From Chrysomallon squamiferum (taxonomy: Eukaryota; Animalia; Mollusca): a stretch of 64,000 bases of DNA. The stretch covers positions 27,528,001 to 27,592,000 of the forward strand of contig CM022672.1 in NCBI GenBank assembly GCA_012295275.1. The letters are read 5' to 3'. The position numbers were made by a program, and so were the translations under genes. The notes under the pieces were generated by a model. That model saw only the letters and a program-made list of their open reading frames with translations, was not told where the DNA came from and made no database searches. Of this stretch, positions 41,281 through 54,515 are shown piece by piece; within the stretch, counting starts at the first letter, position 1; each line of letters begins with the position of its first letter.

Positions 41281-41796
41281 TCAATCACCCTGATCATCAT
41301 TAGTTGAACTTGTATATTCTGTGAGATCATTTGCTGACTGGGAAAAAGCTGGCTGATCGCTGGTGGAACATTCAGAATCAGCATGAACATCGGCTGTATG
41401 GGCAAAATGTGTTTGATCACCTGCCGATCTTGTCACGTTTGTTTGATTACTGGCTGAATGAGCAATTTCTGCAGTGACCAAGCTCAACACCTCAGACTCG
41501 TTATTGCTACTGTTCCAAGACATGGTCATCACCTGGTTGCTCTGGTGTCTGTATTTGAGATGCTGGGTCATTGCAGTCTTGGACGAGAACTTGGCACCAC
41601 AGATCTCACAGGAGTATGGCTTCAGTGGACTGTGGACAGCTTGATGTCTCTTCATGCTCTGCCGATTGTAGAAGGTTTTTGAACAAAGTGGACATTTGAC
41701 ACTACCCTTGCCACTGGAGTTACTGCGGCATTTGTGAAACATAAGACCTGCCTCTGATAGGTACTTCATGCCACATGTGCTGCATTGCAGGAGCTT
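41281..41796 (-). CDS. Alternative terminal exon B: zinc-finger array (one C-x2-C-x12-H-x-C finger plus two C2H2 fingers) with Ser/Thr-rich tail
   Basis: tctcatttacag acceptor, phase 0; CSTCGMKYLSEAGLMFHKC, CPLCSKTFYNRQSMKRHQAVH, KPYSCEICGAKFSSKTAMTQHLKYRH; TGA. Confidence 0.85.
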   Translation of the reverse strand, partial: KLLQCSTCGMKYLSEAGLMFHKCRSNSSGKGSVKCPLCSKTFYNRQSMKRHQAVHSPLKPYSCEICGAKFSSKTAMTQHLKYRHQSNQVMTMSWNSSNNESEVLSLVTAEIAHSASNQTNVTRSAGDQTHFAHTADVHADSECSTSDQPAFSQSANDLTEYTSSTNDDQGD

Positions 41797-42101
41797 CTGT
41801 AAATGAGACAATTTATCAGCGTTAGGAAAGATTGGTGGATTGTTTACCAGTTAACAGCTTAACAGAAGAAAAAAAAAAAAGGGGGTTTTCTCAGCATATT
41901 TAGGGGTTTTAATTTTTAGAATATTTAAAAAAAAAAAAAAAATTAAACTGGTCAGTCATGGATAAGCATGCATGATGTGTAACTAGGAGGACTCAAGCAG
42001 AAAACAAAACCCAGTAAATTAAAATTTGTAAGACATTTCCTTGGGAAATAATATTTTTAATTCACATTTGTTTTTCAAAAATTATATAACTACGATGGTA
42101 A

Positions 42102-42136
<35 letters not shown>

Positions 42137-42430
42137 TAAAATAAATAAAATATATAAAATAAAATAATAGTAATAAATAAAAATACTAAGTAAAAACCAT
42201 ATCATTAAATGATAAATTACTTCATAAAGATTTTCAAGTTATAAATGTGTACTGGTTTAAAAGAAGCAAGTATTAATTACAATTACTACAATAATCTTCA
42301 AATATTAAGTCTCTGTTTATTATTTATTTATTTTTATTTGCACACATTTTTTAATTAATTAATTTATTAATTTTTTTTTTTTTTTTTTATTTATTTTTTA
42401 TTTTTTATGTTTATTATTATTATTATTATG

Positions 42431-42469
<39 letters not shown>

Positions 42470-43154
42470 AAATTAAATATTAAAAAAAGAAAGAAAAAAT
42501 CCATAACACTCTGATAAATGACTTTAGTGTAACATAACTATAAAAATGTGTAACAAAAAGAATTTATTATAAGATTAGAAATCCTTTTAAATAATAATAA
42601 TAAAATTACATTAAAACAATATATCGTAGTGAAATTAATTTTTTGAAACAACAAAATTTTAATATCATTATATTTTTGGTTATAGTCATCCACATTACAG
42701 ATCTGTAAATTTCTGAAAGTAATTTTGTCTGGATACTGATAATTTCCAACAGATGAGAAGAAATAATATAAGATTTGAATTGTAAATTCTTATTAAATTT
42801 GCTTATGAATATGTTACTTATATTTTAAAATAACAAACAATTTAAAACAGTAATACAGTGAACTTAACACAGGCTTGAAAATGTGAAAGTTTTAAAATAT
42901 CTTTATAAAAAGAAGGAAAAAATTATATGTTAAATACAAGGAAATGGCCAAACAATAATTTGGAATTGTAATATGATTTTATAAGATAATACACTGCAGA
43001 AAGTCAAACTAGAATATGTAATTTGCAATAGAGTTTGTAATGGTTACATCTGGCTCCACATATCATCACATACTTAACCAAATGGAATTATGTACAAGAA
43101 AATGATGATGATAATAGGAAATACTGAATTTATGAAAACTACATGTTAAGATAC

Positions 43155-43292
43155 CTTTGGAATTTGGAACATCGGTCTACCCATTTTCATTAGAAAAGGG
43201 TTTTGTAAATTATATCTTGGAAAGGGTTTCTGATGAACAGATGAAACTTGTGTCTTTGTTTGCAATTGAATAGTAACATCATTTTCCCATTT
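43155..43292 (-). CDS. Possible phase-0/phase-0 cassette exon (KWENDVTIQLQTKTQVSSVHQKPFPRYNLQNPFLMKMGRPMFQIPK)
   Basis: ttttttag acceptor, 138 nt open, AAG|GTATCT donor (weak); no recognisable domain. Confidence 0.25.
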
Positions 43293-44521
43293 CTAAAAAA
43301 AAGCATCATATAAACAAAAAACAAAACAGAACACAATATGATTTCAAAATCCACACAGACATTGTTCAGTAAGTATCTGAAAAGGCTGAGGATATCTGCA
43401 TTGTGTTTTCATCATTAGAGAGAATGTTTGTTAGTGATGAACAATGAGTCACTGAGCTTTTAGATTAAAATCAATGGTTATGCCTCATCCATATATGCAG
43501 TAGACAATATCTATCTAGAATCGGAATGTATAATGTATGATTAAGTACTGAAAGCAAACTGCTGAAAGGATTACATATGCTTCTACTTGTGTATGTAATA
43601 GGTATATTTGTATATTGATTTTTCTGTTGTTGTTTGTGTAAGTGTATGTGTATTTACATTTGTATAATACATATTAATTTTATGTGTGTTTGTGTGTCTG
43701 TTTCTGTTATGAGGAAAATGATACGTCATCAATATTTTTCCCATTAAATTCACGTTACTTCTCATCCATATTAAGCAGGGCACTATCAGACTCAGAATGT
43801 ATAATGTAACAGTAAACAGATACAGCAGACTGTTTAGTAAAATATGCATTATGTATATATACAACAATCCCTGTCTGTGAATAAATGTATGTGTGTGAGT
43901 GTGTGTTACAAACAAATACTTTAAAAACAGCAACACATGTTGAAATAAATTGTTTCATCTTTATTTGAATTGTTCACTACTTATAAATAAAACAGCTTTG
44001 TGAACATCATACAGTTAATATTTGTCACACATGTAAATTTACAAAAATCCTATTTAGTGTATCCATTGGTCTGTTTCCCCATTCTAGGAAGCTGTCTGTA
44101 CTTTGGATATAAAATAGTTCTTTCAGGAACTGATTGCTCCACTCTGTCTGTACTATATATTATTACAGACTTCAGTGAATGAATTAATCAATGTTAAAGA
44201 CAACCCAGCACAAAAAAAAACATATCAGCTATTGGGTGTCAAACAAAGTTAAATATTGATATAACAGATTTGTTAATAATTATTACTTTATCTTGCACCC
44301 AATACACTAACAGTCAAAATGATAGTATATTTAGAGTTGTACAATTTGTTTTTTGTTTTTTAAACCTTTAGCTTTTGCATTCTGGATTAAAGCAGTGAAG
44401 TTATGTCAGAACAATATTTTGAAGATGATTAATGACAAGTGAGTAAATGAGAGTAGAAGCACCCAAATCCCTTCCTTTCTGTGTTCAGTATAATTATACT
44501 GGTTTGGTTCTTGCATTACAT

Positions 44522-44860
44522 TTATCTTTGTTTATTATCATTATGTTCAACAGTCATGTGTCTGTTCAGACGATGCTGGCCTGGAAAACCTTGTCCACAT
44601 TCTACACAGTAGAAACTGAATTCCTTTCTGTGCTGTAGCTTTACGTGTCGGTTGTGAGCGGTCTTTGAGCTAAACGTAACACCACAGGCATCACAGCAGA
44701 ATGGTTTGTGAACACTGTGTGTGTTCCTGTGTCTCTCCATACCCTGCCTACTTCTAAACAGCTTCTCACAAATTGGGCACTGAATACCATAATTTGATTT
44801 CAAGCACAAATGCATCCGTAAATGGGTGTGGGATGGGAAGCTTTGCTGACAAGTACTGCA
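44522..44860 (-). CDS. Alternative terminal exon A: zinc-finger array (one C-x2-C-x12-H-x-C finger plus three C2H2 fingers)
   Basis: ttttctttccag acceptor, phase 0; splicing gives ELFK|CSTCQQSF...; CPICEKLFRSRQGMERHRNTH, KPFCCDACGVTFSSKTAHNRHVKLQH, FYCVECGQGFPGQHRLNRHMTVEH; TAA. Confidence 0.85.
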   Translation of the reverse strand, partial: CSTCQQSFPSHTHLRMHLCLKSNYGIQCPICEKLFRSRQGMERHRNTHSVHKPFCCDACGVTFSSKTAHNRHVKLQHRKEFSFYCVECGQGFPGQHRLNRHMTVEHNDNKQR

Positions 44861-47800
44861 CTGGAAAGAAAAAGATACACACAGTTTGATGACTGACAGC
44901 TTGTGTACAGATGTTTTGTTTTGTTTTTGTTGATTGTTAATTATGATGTTGTGCTTGAATTTCTATTTATTATGTACTGGTAAATATTTATTTATATTTT
45001 ATTTTGGGTTCTGGGTACAACCACAAACACTGAAACTGACGATTTTCTGTGTTTTTATTATCAGCACACATACAGACTTTTAGTAGAATACAACGAGACT
45101 TGTTTTAAAAGAAACATTGCAAATTCTATTCACGATATATTCAGTGTTAAAATATAGATGATATCCTTCAAACATACTTCTTAAAAGCATGGCTTGGCTA
45201 CATTCATTATCAGTGAACAACTCACTGGATGCCACTACAAGTGCACTGAATGTTTGTATTCTACAACTGTCTGTAACCACTGCATGTTTGTAGTAACTGG
45301 TAAGTGTAATTTTCAGCTCACACCCTACAAACCATCTTGCAGAATACAATATCCCCCAAACATGTTAATCAGCAAGAAACAAATTTCCTGGCCAAATCAG
45401 TATTAAAACTTGCACATTTAATTAAATTACATTCTATGGAATGACATCATGGAGCAGCACTGGTTAGGATTCCTGCTGGTATTTCAGGATGAGATGATGT
45501 TTCTGGTATTTAAAAAAAACCTGCTTTTTTCCTGATGGCATATTTTTTACTGCCTTTTTTGAAAATATTAACAATTTTAATAAATTTAGTGATTTAATTT
45601 GTAATTAATGTACTAAAAAAGGCGATGTTCCCTACACCCCACATGCACATTTAATTAATTCATTTTCAGCCAGGTATTTCTTTATCTTTTGATCTCATCA
45701 TTTCAAAATCTATTTTTAACCTTCTTTTCTTTCCCCCTAATTCTGGGTAAATATAGATTTTAATATTTATCACAACAGAATGAGCAAGTAATAAATTTCT
45801 CATATAAAGAAATAATAATAATAAAAATAAATCCAAACTAGGAACCTTACTGCTTAGTAAAGTTATATTAAAAAATCAATGCAAGAATGTGTAAAAAAAA
45901 AAAAAATAAAAAGGATTGTGAAACATATTTTGAATATATTTTGATACATTTTTACTTTTAAAACTGTTCTTACAATCACGAAAATAAAATTCTAAGTTTG
46001 TGGAAAATACTGAATATTCCTCTCAGACCAAAACACAAATTGTGCAGGATGGAAAAATTTCAAATCTTTGAAGATATATTTTAATTAACAAAGAAAATAA
46101 ATCAGCAGAACATCTCAGCTACCTATTAGTTGTAATAAATATTGTTAAAACGAAGGAAAGTACAAACTGAGTACTGCTGTTATTCAGCAGTTGTAAATTT
46201 CTCTAACATATCAAGTTGATAATTTTCTGTTTTATGAGAGAAAAGAAAAAAACGAATAAAAGAAACATTAAATGGACTTTGATGAAAAGTACATTTTGAA
46301 GTCCTTTCATATATAGGTCATATTAAAATTAGCCCACTGAAAAGACCTCAGAAACTAACTGAAAAGAATGAAATCAAAGGAAGACATGCTACATATATGT
46401 ATATATATAAAATATATAATAAAGAATCATTTTAATAATGCAACGTTCACTGCTTCATAAATCATATTTTATTCAATAGACAGGTCCAGATCTCCTGACA
46501 TTCATAAATAAACTAATATTTATGTTCAGGATCTCTAACATTGATATTGTGAACAAAAACTTTCTAATGTTGTGATGCACTGATCAATTTTCTAAACATA
46601 AAATAATATCAGATAATTAAATATTTCGTATATCTCTATTGATATAAATAATATATCAGACAGAGTTTTGGTAAACCAGATGTGTACATACATAAAAGTC
46701 TATTCCTACAGTCAATAGTGGAAAATTTCTTGCATAGACATGTTTCAGTTCATACCAAAGATCAGGTACAAAGATCTAGAGAAAGGAAAAGCCAGTCATG
46801 ACAGTGCTATTTACTATCCACAGTAATTAATTTAGCTCCATGAATATTGGTAGTGGTGGGCTACAAACTACTCTCAAGCATGTGACACTGCATGAATGTT
46901 AACATTAAAGATTTAGTTACATACTATGCCCTCAAAGTCATAGATGATTGAAAAGGTTGAAAAACTGTACATTTATGTCACTCATGTCTGTATATCAGCT
47001 GTACATCGGTATGTACAATCAACTGAGGAACAAACCAGACACTGTGAATATTCAAAATCATTCAGTATAACAACATCTGTGTATATCACTACATGTGAAA
47101 CAAAAATGTGAATCTTACACACTGCCAGTACCACTAACAATGACTTTGAGAGGTAAACAAAGGGCAGTACTTCATTATACCTACACCCACAGTGGCCTAC
47201 AAATAGCCTTCACTAACTTAGGCAAAGAAAATATACTTGAAAACATCATCACTGAGATATGTATGACCTACAATTACATTATAGTACCGGTGATATAAAA
47301 ATTAACATAAAAGGGGTTTTATACATGTTTTAATATTATTTTATGAATAATATGCAACACTGAAAAAATAAAAGAATATAATAAACAACTAAATGAGAAT
47401 AATAAGATGAACATATTTCATGAGCTGTTACTCATCTACAATGGAAAGAAGAGAGAAGCTATCAGTTTCCATAATAACAATAAAAGATAGGATTAATATA
47501 ACAATCAAAGTGAAAATTGTTTCAGAAAAACAAATAGTAATTAGCCATAAAAGAAATTAGGTCCTTTCGCACATCTGAAGATGTGAATGATGTTCCATTT
47601 CTGTAACATTAATAAAATGTCTTGGACTCTGTCTTCTTTACTGCATCATGACAAATCTACTGGGAAGCTGAGTTTGTGATTTCAGAGTGTACAGGCCTTA
47701 TGTATGTAACAAAGAGACAGACAGCACTTTGCCAGCATTAAGTTAAACATGCACACTATGGATGTAACTGTCATTGCAACATCACTGAAGAACTCAGCAA

Positions 47801-47973
47801 CTCAACAACTCCTAACCATAATTTTCAAATAATTACTCAGAATATGTTGTTTAAAAACATGAAGACATATGTACTGAAGTTGTAAGCATTTACAAAAAGT
47901 TAATGTCTACAGTCTCCCTCCTGTTTTTCACAGCACTTTAAGATAAAGTGTTTTTTCTCTATAACATTTAGTC

Positions 47974-48014
<41 letters not shown>

Positions 48015-50079
48015 AAAACAACATATTAAAGATTTTGTTATAGCTATCCAAAGTGTTATCACTTTATTAATTCACTCTATTTACAACCAATACAAACATA
48101 CAATGAATATTAAATGAATGCTTTTAAAAGCATTTATATATTCTGAACATTTAAAAAAAATAAAAATAAAAAAATAAAGAAGAAGAAAAAAACCTTATGG
48201 CTTCAGCACAAAAAAAAAGAGAAAAATATTCATTCCGTTGAAGATTAAGAGTAAAAAGAAATAAATAAACAAACAAAATTTATATTTACATATCAATAGC
48301 CTGACAAATTTGAGCTTTAACAGGAATTCTTTCTACAAGACATCTTAAAACATGATGTAATAGTAAAAATATTTGTTTGTTTTTCTGTTTTAATATTGTG
48401 AATAACTAAAACATTACATTTGTAAGAGTTTGATTCATACTGCTGTGCATTACACTGTTAATATTAATAAATACACTGTAACTTAACTGACACTAAAAAA
48501 TGTATTTAATAAAACTTTCAGTGACTGAACTGTAAGAAAAAATGGACATCTAGGATGGTGATTTAAAATAAATATATTCACTCTCAAAATTTAGCAAAAC
48601 AAAACAAAACTAAGCAACACAAAATTTTCATCCATCATAAAAAACCCTCAGTCATATATTTTAAATAATAACTTTACAATTATCATGAATATAATTTTAC
48701 ATTAAATACTGTTATACAACTGTGTAAGTTATATTAAATATTCTGCAAGGCCAATTCATATTATTCTGTGATTTAAAAAAAAAAAAAAATAAAAAAAAAA
48801 AAAAAAAAAAAAAAATCTATCAGTATTAATTATTAAATTACATAATTATTATAAATATGAAAATATTGATAAGTGATCAATCTGTGTGTTTGTGTGTGTG
48901 TGCATACATATGAGAAGTGAATGAAAGGTGTGTTTGTTATATTAAGCAATTTACCAAAACCTCAAATTATTATTATGTCTGACAATGTGTCTGTGTGTGT
49001 GTGTGTGTGGTGTGTGTGAAAAATAAATGAACATTTGTTATGGTACATAATATTACAAAAATCTGAAATTATTTTTCTAACTGTACATATATGTATTTCT
49101 CAAAAATGCTGCCAGTTTTAAAACAATATTACTGGTCTGTGGAAACATTTACATACAAAATATCTGATAATTTTTTATTCAAGATGGAGAGTATTTGTGA
49201 ATACATCTGTCTTAAACCTTTTCAGGGTTTTAAATATAGCACACATTTATTCTTAAAAAGAAATGTTAGTGCTGGAATGTGGATCATTAACTGATGTAAA
49301 TAAACCCTTCAGATCTGCAAGTTATTATTAGTAAAATCAATTATATGATGACTGAAGTCAAAATTAATGTTCACTTTAATTTGTTTTATTATTTAATAGA
49401 ATAATGTGTACGATTCCAGTGAAAGTTATAAAATTATATAATAATTCTAAAGATGTGTAACTGTTCAGATATGTATCTTTGATTTGGTTTTTGACAAAGC
49501 TATGAAATTATTTAATAATTCTGATGTTAGAAGTGCCAAAAAATATGTGATTAAGTGCATTTGAATACAAAAATCATTAGTTACTTTATTTTATATTAAT
49601 AAGTTTATTTATTTTTTGACAAAAAGCAGTCAATTTACATTATTAAGTCTTTCCTAATGTTACTTTTATGTTGCTCATATTCACATATCAACTAGTTTGT
49701 CTAATCACTGATCAGGTATAACAACCTTTTTTTTTTTTTTTTTGTCATTTCTATTGTTACTGCTTCTTTTTTCCCACCTCTCTGTCCAATTTTTTTTCTC
49801 TTATTTTAATTACCCACTGGTTTATAACATATATATATCTATCTGTATTACATGTATATATCTGTCCCTAATGTCTTGTTTTTTGTGATTGTTTTTTTCT
49901 TTTCTTTTTTGGGGAAAGATCTTTAAATTATTAATTTATTAGTATCAAATTCTTTTTTCTATTGTTTTTTTTCACATATTTTAAAAATAATTTATTGTTA
50001 TTATTATTATTATTATTATTTAAAAAAAAAAAAAAAAAAGAAGATTTTTTAGTATAAAATGCACAAGAAAAATACTCAC

Positions 50080-50432
50080 CTTAAACAGTTCCACAGAATT
50101 TGCATTTGCCTCTTCCCAAGTTGCAGGATTTGTTTGAAAATTTTCATTCATGGATTTGGAATCAGTTCCTGCCAAACCTCTAAAGTGCTGATCATTGCTC
50201 AGGTTTGTTAAGCCACCACCAGCAACACAATCTTCAACATCTTCTACCTGAACAAAGTGCATGGAAGAGTCACTTTCTCTTTTGATATTAGGTAAAGAGG
50301 ACTGAGAATCACTGGTTGTGGAAAACAGAGAGTTTGGCTGTTCATTATGTGAATCAAGATTATTTAACACAGATGATGTTGTCGTTGTTGACAAGAGACA
50401 TTCTGACTTTTCATTACCTGATGATATTTTAC
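50080..50432 (-). CDS. Constant coding exon 2 (low-complexity linker, ...IKRESD...ANSVELFK)
   Basis: tttgttgcag acceptor, 353 nt open (phase 1 in, phase 0 out), strong AAG|GTGAGT donor at 50080/50079. Confidence 0.85.
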
Positions 50433-50578
50433 CTGCAACAAACACAAACATATTTATTCTTTCTTTGTGGTATATATAGTAAAATGTCTAGGATCAAATA
50501 TATTTTTAACTGGCCATTTCTTATTTCTAGTAAGAAAGTCAAATAGAGCTTATGTAATGTTTTACTATGTTTATAAAA

Positions 50579-50611
<33 letters not shown>

Positions 50612-50752
50612 ACAAAATATTTCCAAATTAGATAAAATAACTTTTACTCAAGAATTTTACTGACAAATTTAACATTCTAATGTCTTCAACAAAAGCTCTG
50701 AAAGAATAATCATACGCTATAAAACAAATTATACTAAAACTCAGTTACCTAC

Positions 50753-51398
50753 CCCTTTTAGATTCCCTTGAAGTTGGTAAATGTACACTTTTTCTTTTTG
50801 TTGTGGTTCCTGCTAACCTATCAGAGCTGTTGGATATAGAAGGAGTGATCTGCATCACATCCCTGTTAATGTCTGTAGTTCCACACTGTAATGATGATAA
50901 TTCCCAGTCTGCAGAAGAATATGAGAACTGATCTTGTGGACTCTGTGAAACATCATTTTGATGGTAAGAATTGTTCACTTTTAAATGGTTCTTGTTTCCA
51001 AACAATGCTGTTGATGCATCCTGCCCACCAGATCCAGAAAAAGACTGGTTACTGAACTGTCTGGAATATTCTCCCGTGGATTGTTTTTCCAGTCTGCCAC
51101 TGACTTCACCCAGTCCTTCATACGAAGAAGAGTCCTTTCTTTTAGCAGCATCAGCAGCAACAGCAACACTGGGTACAGTTTTAAAAGCTTTGGTGCAGTA
51201 ACTTTCACTGATGACATTTCCAGAGCTATGCAGAAGTTCGCTGACTACATACCTTTCTTTCTTTGTGTTGTCAATTTCCAGAGAAAGGTAACCACTCAGT
51301 TCCACTACCTGATCAAACTGCAGGTATTCACGACAAACCTTCTGCATGGACTCCACCAAAGAAGTGAAAAATTGAACTGAATATTGTTTTTCCAACAT
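50753..51398 (-). CDS. Constant coding exon 1 of modular DNA-binding-protein gene: globular-looking N-terminal ~75 aa (MLEKQYSVQFFTSLVESMQKVCREYLQFDQVVELSGYLSLEIDNTKKERYVVSELL) followed by a Ser-rich linker
   Basis: 217-codon ORF in AT-rich DNA; acceptor at 51433; phase-1 donor G|GTAGGT at 50753/50752 keeps frame with the next exon. Confidence 0.85.
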
Positions 51399-52444
51399 CT
51401 TCTTACAATTACTAAATGATTAACAAATACATCTGAAATAAAGAAAAATTTAAATTATATCCAAAGTTTTGTCCACATACCTATGGCAGCTTACTTTTTC
51501 TATATCATTAAACTATTAACAATAAAAAATATCTTGTAATGCTACTAAAGTTGCAGTCATTCTGTTATAGATACCTGAATTTGTTAATGTTACTATCAAA
51601 GTTTTGTCTCATTAAGCCTCTATTTTTCTAAATATTTAATATTCTTCTTCTTTTTTTCTCTCTTTTTTATACCATTATTAAAGTTTGGGTTTGTACTTCT
51701 TAAATGGTTACTATATGCTGGCACACTGGATAGACATATTTTTAATACACAAGATTTCTATATGGGATGATTAATCCTTTAAGAACATGGCAGAATTATA
51801 TTATTTAAAACATGGACAAGTGAGGATCATATCAGTGATCAAAGACAGGTACACATTTGTTAATTTACAACAAAAAAATCCCATATTTATTTATATTATT
51901 ATTATTATTACTTTTAAAAAAATAATGAATATGGGAAAAAACAATTATTAGAAAAAATAATTTACATTTTCAATTATGTTTCTGTAATAATATTTTTGTT
52001 CTAATGTTTCAAACAAACTAATAATATCTTTGTCAATTCTACTACACCTGTAATACATCGTTTTGCTATAATATTAACTTACTCAGTTACTGTGACTAAT
52101 ATTAACAGAGAAATTATTAAAACGCATTATTATTTATATATTACTTCTACCATTACTACAACAACTACTACTACTACTGCCGTAACTACTATTATTATTA
52201 CTACTACTAATAATAACAATAATAATACAGTAAATTTGTACATTTTGAATATATCGCCAAGAATCAGAACTCACAGAATCTGAGCAAGTCTATCACCGCT
52301 TTTGTTGGAACAGAATAATTGTTTTGCATAACTGTACAAAATAATATACAAGCCTATGTTTGCCATGAAGATTTTTATGAAAAACCTAACGATACAATTG
52401 CTGGGGAAAAAATTCTTCTACAATATTTTAAAAGAAATACTTAC

Positions 52445-52510
52445 AAAATTTAAAAAAAAAATTAAAAACGTGAAGAAGCACAGCGGAAACACGAACGAAA
52501 TGTATATAAT
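52445..52510 (-). other. Putative non-coding first exon / promoter-proximal region of the modular ZnF/BEN gene
   Basis: GTAAGT donor at 52444-52439 (minus) next to a small CpG-containing patch (cagcggaaacacgaacg). The next exon has a clear acceptor (tatttcag at 51433) upstream of the ATG. The 5' boundary is a guess. Confidence 0.35.
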
Positions 52511-54515
52511 ATTTTGCCATTAATAGTTATTTCCCTTCTCATACAATGAGGCCTTACACGGGTGATATATTTTTAAATATTAATTTTTATTTAAAAAGCG
52601 GTTTGTGTTAATAGTTGAATGAGTTCTGTATCTAACCAGCACACAAAAATATACATACATACATACATACATACATACATACATACACACACAGATGCAT
52701 ATTAATATTTTATTTATTTATTTATTTAATAAGATGAAAGAAAGAAAAATTCATATTTGGAACATATTACTTGTAACAAATTTTAACATCACTGTTATGT
52801 TTTAGAAGATTCACTTAATGTAAATTATCCTATCATCATAATGAACTAATTACACCTATACCTGTTTGTGTTAATTTTCATTAGTATGCAAATAAATATA
52901 AACCAAAAATCATTTAGAACTTTAAAAAGATAATGTTTTATTTATTTATTTATTTATTATTGTAACAAATTACATGAAATATAAAAACAACATCCATTTT
53001 TCAAGATTTCAGCCAGATTATCACAAATAAATGTTTTACTGAATTTGATCATTTGGGTTATCTTTTGATGCACTAAAGACCATGATAAATATAATTTTTA
53101 TTACTCACAATACTGTATCTGCATTCATATTTTTCTAAAATGGCTGCCATGTTTTCACAAAACTTTGTCATTTGGTGCTAGCATTGTGATGACAGGCCTA
53201 ACAGAAGTTCATATGAAGTGCAAGGACATTATGTTCTACAAAATGCCACTGTACCTCCTTACCGAAGAAATCATTTAATACTCTACTTATTTATAATGTG
53301 TCTATTTACACCATGTTTCAGGGTAGTAATTTTCTAACCGGTTAATGTGATGTATGTGGCAATAAATGTTAATCTCTTGCTAAACATATTCAGTCATGAT
53401 CACAAATTACTCTGTAAAGAAACTAAATACTTACAAAATATGCATGCTTAATGGATGAAAGTGTCTGCCTGATGTATTATACTTGCCAATGATGACAACA
53501 TTCACACTGCCTTAAGCATGCAAAGACTGACCCATGGACATGACATTCATAGCGCACAATATACTTTGATTCAGCATATAGGCAATGATATGAAGAAAAT
53601 GTGTACTTGTCTAATAATGAAAAATCTGGTGAATGCTTTCCCTTATATTTCATTTATGTAAGTACCAGAGATGATCTACTATTTTGTCCAGCAATAAAAA
53701 GATTTAACGTACTGATCTAACTCTAATAGTGTATTATTTAATGAAATAGACATATAATTAATGAACTATCAGTGTGAGAAAAATACGTACAAATTAAATG
53801 AAATAAAATTACCTTGTACACAATAACTGAAATGTTTTACTGATGTTGTGAAGCAGATAAAAAAACCAACATATTAATAATAATGAAAATAATTTAAAAT
53901 AATATAAAAGATGCAATAAATAATAATTAAAAAAGCAAACAGTTGTGTATTTTCTGTTTAAATTTTATTTACATAAAGTGAGACTATTTTATTAAAACCA
54001 TAGATGAATCAGCCAAATCAACTTTATTTTTAACTATTGTGTATCAAAAGACATGTAGTTTATTTCTATGTAGCAAGTTGCAACCATGATACTGCATCCT
54101 TAACCAGCATGAAGTGCTGGGTTGTAACAAGTGTAGCTTTTCATTTCATTAAAATATGTTACATTTATATATATTCTGAATGTGAACAAAACTGAACATA
54201 TGAGGTGGAATAATTGTAAATGTTGCCTAAACAATGGCATGAATTTTTGTTCATCCCAACAGAATTTTGTTTTATACAGGAATGGAATTTCAGTTTTGAG
54301 GGTAGTAGTGTTGTATGCACTGATTCATTTGACTATTAAATTCTAGGTCTGGAACCAAATCCATTGTTGAAAATGCCATAAATATATAAATGCTGATTTG
54401 ATTTCTCTGAATCTACTGAGAATAGTGGCTATAAAAATGTTAAAAATATGTACTGTCAGTTGAAAATGTAATAACAACAGGCTTTAAAATGGATATATTG
54501 TCTTTATTGATTCAG

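Noticed and set aside
45080-45406. Overlapping Cys-rich ORFs (YKCTECLYST) near ZnF exon A
   Set aside because: No complete finger spacing and no convincing splice acceptor in a compatible frame.
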